DNA of 64,000 nt from an uncultured Gammaproteobacteria bacterium (GTDB lineage Bacteria > Patescibacteriota > Patescibacteriia > UBA11705 > JABHMO01), in assembly GCA_964590105.1 (NCBI GenBank), contig CAZPYM010000002.1, positions 154,697-218,696 of the forward strand. Direction: 5' to 3'. A model generated the notes under the pieces. The model was not told the DNA's origin and made no database searches. It worked only from the letters and a program-made list of their open reading frames with translations. Below, one piece after another: positions 58,881-64,000 of this stretch (positions are counted from its first letter, which is position 1; every line of letters starts with the position of its first letter). Position numbers and translations under genes: made by a program.

Positions 58881-58931
58881 TGCTTGCCCGGCGGAGGTCG
58901 GGAATATTGAATATATTAATAACACTTCATT

Positions 58932-60869
58932 ATGAACAAATATGGAATAATTAAAAACCTGGTATTTTTTGTCATTATCTTTTTGTTCATTGCCAGCGTC
59001 TTCAGCTTATATAATGTTTCTGATCATGAGGTGGCGGATATTGACATTCAAAAGATGATTGAGGAAATCAATCAGGAGCAGGTACAAAAAATTTCAATCG
59101 AAGGCAGTATTTTGCAGCTGACGCTCAATGACGGCACCAAGCAAAAACTAAAAAAGGAAACTTCGGAATCGTTTTCAGAGCTGTTGAATAATTTCAAAGT
59201 TGCTGAAGACAAAATGAAAAAGTTTTCAATTGAAGTAAAGGAAGAAAGCGGCTTCAGTTATTGGATGGCGTCTTTATTGCCCTTTCTGATCCCGCTTTTG
59301 TTTATCGGCGGATTTATTTGGTATATGATGCGCCAGGTGCAGGGAGCGAACACGCGGGCAATGGGGTTTGGCCAGAGCCAGGCGAGGCAAATCAAGCCGA
59401 ACGGCAAAGATAAAGTCACCTTCAAAGATGTGGCTGGAGTAAAAGAAGCGAAAGAAGAATTAAAAGAAATTGTTGAATTTCTAATGCATCCGAAAAAATT
59501 TACTTCTCTCGGCGCCAAGATTCCCAAGGGCGTACTTCTCATGGGTGCGCCAGGCACCGGCAAAACAATGCTGGCCAAGGCTGTTGCCGGAGAAGCGGAT
59601 GTGCCATTTTTCACTATTTCCGGTTCAGAATTCGTGGAAATGTTTGTGGGCGTTGGAGCGTCAAGGGTTAGAGATTTATTCAAAAAAGCAAAAAAGAATT
59701 CTCCATGCATTATTTTTATCGATGAAATAGACGCTGTCGGACGGCAGAGAGGAACAGGACTTGGCGGATCGCATGATGAGCGCGAGCAGACGTTGAATCA
59801 GATCTTGGTTGAAATGGACGGCTTTGATCCCAATACTAATGTTATTGTAATGGCTGCGACAAACCGGCCGGATGTTCTTGATCCGGCGCTGCTCAGACCG
59901 GGCAGATTTGACCGGCGCGTAATTCTGGATTTGCCTGACATCAATGACCGAGAAGAGATTTTGAATGTGCATTCTAAGAAAAAGCCCTTGGCAAAAGAAG
60001 TGGATATTCGTCAGATAGCCGAACGCACACCCGGATTTTCCGGTGCTGACCTGGCCAACTTATTTAATGAAGCGGCGATTTTGACCGCCAGAAGAGACAA
60101 GAAAAAAATTACGCAGGATGAATTGGTTGAAAGCATTGAAAAGGTAATGCTCGGACCCGAGCGGAAGAGTCATATCTTGTCAGTTGAAGAGAAAAGGATT
60201 ACCGCGGTCCACGAAGCTGGGCATGCTCTTGTTTCTCATGTTTTGCCGCATGCGGATCCGGTGCACAAAGTTTCAATTATTTCCCGCGGACGAGCGGCCG
60301 GATATACCATGAATTTGCCGGAAAAAGAAAGGTATTTGCATCGAAAATCAGAATATATTGATAGTTTGGCAGTTTTACTGGCCGGGCATATTGCGGAAAA
60401 ACTTGAATTTGGCGAAGTGACAACTGGCGCGTCCAATGATTTGCAGCGCGCCACGGAGATAGCCCGCAGTTTAATCACCCAATTTGGCATGAGCGAAAAT
60501 TTGGCGCCGCGAGTTTACGGCGAAAAAGAAGAATTGGTTTTCCTTGGCCGCGATATCCGCGAACAGCGCAATTATTCTGAAAAAGTGGCGGAAGAAATTG
60601 ACGCCGAGATTGACGCCATGGTTCGCGTAGCCGCCAAAACAGCGGAAAAAGTCATTACGGAAAACAAGGAGAAGATGGATAAAATTGTGGCTAAACTTCT
60701 GAAAGACGAGACAATTGAAAAGAATGAATTTTTGGCTCTTATGGGAGTGAAGGTGGAAGAAGCAAAAGAAGAGAGCGGTGCTGAAAAATCCCTCGACGCT
60801 ACCGCCAAAGGCGAGATCGCTCAGGAGGATAAAGATATTAAAGAAGATAAAGAGGTGAAAGAAGTTTGA
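58932..60869 (+). CDS. ftsH: ATP-dependent zinc metalloprotease FtsH
   Basis: [25 protein letters not shown] and HEAGH. Confidence 0.99.
   Translation: MNKYGIIKNLVFFVIIFLFIASVFSLYNVSDHEVADIDIQKMIEEINQEQVQKISIEGSILQLTLNDGTKQKLKKETSESFSELLNNFKVAEDKMKKFSIEVKEESGFSYWMASLLPFLIPLLFIGGFIWYMMRQVQGANTRAMGFGQSQARQIKPNGKDKVTFKDVAGVKEAKEELKEIVEFLMHPKKFTSLGAKIPKGVLLMGAPGTGKTMLAKAVAGEADVPFFTISGSEFVEMFVGVGASRVRDLFKKAKKNSPCIIFIDEIDAVGRQRGTGLGGSHDEREQTLNQILVEMDGFDPNTNVIVMAATNRPDVLDPALLRPGRFDRRVILDLPDINDREEILNVHSKKKPLAKEVDIRQIAERTPGFSGADLANLFNEAAILTARRDKKKITQDELVESIEKVMLGPERKSHILSVEEKRITAVHEAGHALVSHVLPHADPVHKVSIISRGRAAGYTMNLPEKERYLHRKSEYIDSLAVLLAGHIAEKLEFGEVTTGASNDLQRATEIARSLITQFGMSENLAPRVYGEKEELVFLGRDIREQRNYSEKVAEEIDAEIDAMVRVAAKTAEKVITENKEKMDKIVAKLLKDETIEKNEFLALMGVKVEEAKEESGAEKSLDATAKGEIAQEDKDIKEDKEVKEV
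60787..60835 (+). repeat. Palindromic element embedded in frame in the ftsH tail
   Basis: 43/49 nt identical to the reverse complement of 39974-40022. Confidence 0.85.
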
Positions 60870-61076
60870 AGTTGATATATTGAATGCGATAAAATAAAAA
60901 ACAGGCTGCCTTGTGGAAAGCAGCTTGTTTTTTATTGTTGATAATTAAGTGGACAACATTTTCATTGTTTTGTAAAAACGTGGTATAATTAAACAAGGTT
61001 AAGTAATGTTATTAACAGCAAGTAAAATTAATTTATTATTTTTTTAATTTTTTATTTTAATATCTAATTAGCCAAT

Positions 61077-62093
61077 ATGGAAACAATTTACCGTTTAATT
61101 TTAAGGAAGGCGCTGAAAATCAGCTGGAAAAATAAATGGCTGTGGGTGTTGGGGTTTTTCGCGGCGGTGATCGGCAATGGCAGTGTTTATGAAGCGCTAC
61201 TGCGCGGGTTTAACAATATTTCAGAGGGACGCTCGGTGTTTTATACTTTTCGTGAATATTTGGAATCAGGAATTTTCGGTATGATTTCCTGGGCAAAATT
61301 ATCAGCGCTCTGGGAAAGCGATGCCAGCGCCTTTGGTTTGGGTATCTTTACCATTTTGCTCATGATGTGCCTTCTTGCAATTTTAATTACGCTTGGCGTG
61401 ATTGGCCAGGGCGGCGTGGTCAGCGCGGTTATCAATCTGGATGAAGACAAAAAGCCGTCTATGAAATCCAGTTTTCGCGTGGGAGTCGAACGCTTTTGGC
61501 CGATTCTGGAATTAAACGTAATGACCAAAGTTGTATTGCTCGGATTTTTACTGTTCCTTGCTTACCTCGTCTCGCTCCTCACCTTTACCAGCGAAGCGGC
61601 CTACAATTTTGTCTATGTGCTTGCGTTCATAGTTTTTGTTATACTAGGCATAATAATTTATTTTTTAACGATCTACGGCACGGCCTACGTGATTTTGCGA
61701 GGCAAGGGATCCTTTGGAGCGCTTAAATCCGCTTGGCGTTTGTTTTCCAAGCACGTACTGCTGAATTTGGAAATGGGATTATTATTATTTGTGGTAAATA
61801 TAGTAGTTGCGATCCTCTTCTTTTTACTTAACTTTATGATTTTATCGCCAATCTTCGTGCTCTATTTGCTGTTTCTTTTTTCCGGGGTGAAAATCATTAC
61901 TTCAATCCTAATGTTTATAATGTTGGTGATTTTTGCGGTGACTATTTTTGCCGTAGGTTCATGGTGGAGCTCTTTTCAGCTGGGTGTCTGGGCAATCTTG
62001 TTTGAAGAATTGGAATTAAAAGGAGGCAAATCAAAAGTTCAAAGATGGTTCGAACTGGCCGGCGAAAAAATTAAAAGCAAAAAGGCTAAATAA
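61077..62093 (+). CDS. Multi-pass membrane protein
   Basis: 338 aa with several long hydrophobic segments. Confidence 0.8.
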   Translation: METIYRLILRKALKISWKNKWLWVLGFFAAVIGNGSVYEALLRGFNNISEGRSVFYTFREYLESGIFGMISWAKLSALWESDASAFGLGIFTILLMMCLLAILITLGVIGQGGVVSAVINLDEDKKPSMKSSFRVGVERFWPILELNVMTKVVLLGFLLFLAYLVSLLTFTSEAAYNFVYVLAFIVFVILGIIIYFLTIYGTAYVILRGKGSFGALKSAWRLFSKHVLLNLEMGLLLFVVNIVVAILFFLLNFMILSPIFVLYLLFLFSGVKIITSILMFIMLVIFAVTIFAVGSWWSSFQLGVWAILFEELELKGGKSKVQRWFELAGEKIKSKKAK

Positions 62094-62189
62094 AATTTCA
62101 GCACAAGCGATCCTCCACGCTTGGAGGGGGCAAAATAAAAACAAAAAAGCAGAATCGCTTGAAAAGGCGGCTCTGTTTTTTTAAAAAAG

Positions 62190-63338
62190 TTATTGCTTTT
62201 TAAGTCTGTAAATATTTCGAATAATTTTTTGATCCGGCCTGGAATATTCCCATGATTCAATGATTTTTAGGCTCCGGGGCAACAGGCCGTGAAGATCAAA
62301 TTGATATAGGCGTCCATTGATTCTAAATGTTGGAATGACCATGATAATTGTTCCGCTTGGCTTCAGAATCGTGGCCATTGATTTTATCGCCGGGCGATAA
62401 AGTTTTGTGAGTTCACTGATGATATGCAGTAGAAAACTTTCCGGCTCATGCCCTTTTAGCGGCGGGCCGAGATATGGTTCGGTGATTATAGCATCCATTG
62501 AAGCGGGTTTAATTTTTTCAACCAAATGTTCGATCGGGCAAAGCAAAATTTTCGCTCGGCTAAACGGTAAATTGTTTTCCTTGGCAATTCCGGCCAGCCA
62601 GTCAAGATTTTCTTGGGTGTCTTTGGTGGCTTTTTTGCTGGCATCTGCACCGATCACATTTTTGTGGCCAAGAAAAATCGCCTGCTGCAGAATCGTGCCC
62701 GAGCCACAAAATGGGTCAAGCAAAGATTGTTTCGGGTCTGTCCCGGCCAGATTTACCATGATTTGCGCTAGTTTGAGGGGCAGCATGCCGGAGAAATCAT
62801 CGCGCGCCGGCCGGCCGAAATCCAGTTTAGAAAAAAGTTCAAAAGGCTGAACCGCCAAAGTTTGGCCGACAAAAGTTTGATTGTCAAAACGCAGAATAGC
62901 AAGTTCAATTCCGTTTTTGCCAAGTAAATTTTTTTGTACTACCACGGAACTTAATGGTGAAATTTTGCTGGCTACAAACCTGGCTTTGGCGCCTTGATTT
63001 TTCAGCAAAGATTTTATTTGCCGGCCGATTTTGTCAACGTCAATATTTAAATTGTAGGGGCTCACTCCAAATCGGATTTTTTCTTTTGAGTCAGGAATGA
63101 ATTTAGCCAGATCAGCGGCGGACAAGCTTTTTAGTGGGCCATTGATTTTCCCTATTTTAATAGTGCCGGCTAGCTGACGAATCAGTGCGGCATGTTCAAT
63201 CGTCTGATCAATATTTAAAATTACAAAATCTACTTGTTCCGTAATTACTTGGAATTTGATATTGAGCTGTTCGAATTTTGCCTCAATTTCAGCTTTTGAC
63301 AGCTCGGGGTGATTGCCCAGGGTAAAAAAATATTGCAT
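62190..63338 (-). CDS. TRM11/UPF0020-like RNA methyltransferase
   Basis: GMLPLKLAQIMVNL, LLDPFCGSGT and IITEPYLG. Confidence 0.88.
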   Translation of the reverse strand: MQYFFTLGNHPELSKAEIEAKFEQLNIKFQVITEQVDFVILNIDQTIEHAALIRQLAGTIKIGKINGPLKSLSAADLAKFIPDSKEKIRFGVSPYNLNIDVDKIGRQIKSLLKNQGAKARFVASKISPLSSVVVQKNLLGKNGIELAILRFDNQTFVGQTLAVQPFELFSKLDFGRPARDDFSGMLPLKLAQIMVNLAGTDPKQSLLDPFCGSGTILQQAIFLGHKNVIGADASKKATKDTQENLDWLAGIAKENNLPFSRAKILLCPIEHLVEKIKPASMDAIITEPYLGPPLKGHEPESFLLHIISELTKLYRPAIKSMATILKPSGTIIMVIPTFRINGRLYQFDLHGLLPRSLKIIESWEYSRPDQKIIRNIYRLKKQ

Positions 63339-63348
63339 ATATAAAAGA

Positions 63349-63472
63349 CTGCAGAGCTATTGTGATCGGCAAACTGTTTCAGAATATCATGAGGAGAGAA
63401 ATTTCACTGAAGAACATGGTTTTTCAGCGTAATATTCCAAAGGGGTTTGTCTTTCATTAATTTACTCTGCAG
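63349..63472. ncRNA. Candidate structured RNA hairpin with GAGGAGAGA bulge
   Basis: CTGCAGAG/CTCTGCAG, GGCAAACT/GGTTTGTC, GAATAT/ATATTC and CTGAAGA/TTTTCAG nested stems. Confidence 0.45.
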
Positions 63473-63723
63473 CCTCCACTATTATTGTACAGAAAACAAT
63501 GAAAATGTCAATAGCAAAATGATTGTCCAATAGTTGACGTTTTGCGCGTATTTTGCTAGAATATAAGCAATCGGATGAAACAATGGATTAGCTTCGCGAT
63601 AGGAAAAGAAGCGAGAAGAAAGACGTGAGAAGTGAGACGTGACAGTTAAACGTATATTTTCTCTCTTTTCTTCCCCTATTTCCTTTCCTGATCCTTTATC
63701 TTCTTTATCCTTTTCGATTATTT

Positions 63724-64000
63724 ATGAATATTTCAGAACTAGCTAGAAAATTAAGAGTCAACACAGCGGATCTGCGCGACAAATTGCCGGAGCTTGGTTT
63801 TGATATTGGGCAGAAAGCTATTAAAATTGATGACAAATTAGCTTCTAGAATAGTTCGCTCTTGGTGGGAATTCCAAGATAGACAAAAACAAAAGCAAGCT
63901 TATGAGAAAATTACCACCAAAGATGAAAAAGGTCAGGTGATTATTGATAAAAAAGTTGAAATGCCTGGAGTTCTGACAGTCAAGGATTTTGCGGCGCTTC
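63724..64000 (+). CDS. infB: Translation initiation factor IF-2, N-terminal part (truncated by the window)
   Basis: MNISELARKLRV...LPELGFDIG...MPGVLTVKDFAAL resembles two IF2_N repeats; open to the window end. Confidence 0.8.
   Translation, partial: MNISELARKLRVNTADLRDKLPELGFDIGQKAIKIDDKLASRIVRSWWEFQDRQKQKQAYEKITTKDEKGQVIIDKKVEMPGVLTVKDFAAL

Overview
Bacterial chromosomal segment, most likely from a Patescibacteria/CPR (Parcubacteria-like) genome. This is inferred from the compact core genes, start codons without Shine-Dalgarno (SD) motifs, and CPR-style intergenic micro-repeats. The core backbone is groEL/ES, yidC, nusA, rpsF-ssb-rpsR-efp, recA, ftsK, clpP, hup, ymdB, rny, rpsA, gyrA, nrnA-rbfA, murE, rpoBC, ftsH and the start of infB. 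No tRNA, rRNA, CRISPR array, integrase or transposase was seen. Signals worth follow-up: (1) a 6.3-kb block between two near-identical terminator hairpins, encoding a radical SAM/SPASM enzyme translationally coupled to a membrane protein with a Gly-rich, (CA)n Cys-rich tail, followed by a second Gly-tailed membrane protein, a TPM lipoprotein and LemA; (2) about a dozen orphan genes sharing one design (near-consensus sigma70 promoter, often a boxA-like motif, strong SD, own terminator) that the core genes lack; (3) a ~490-nt non-coding unit of three large tandem hairpin domains with a perfect promoter and a terminator, plus other structured RNA candidates including a likely 6S RNA before rny; (4) a real attC gene cassette inserted at a dif-like/attI-like 28-mer with no intI in the window; (5) one palindromic element embedded in frame in the tails of rpsA and ftsH; (6) diverged duplicates of gene ends (gyrA 3', methyltransferase 5') beside insertions. 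All alignments and folds were done by eye; no database searches were run.
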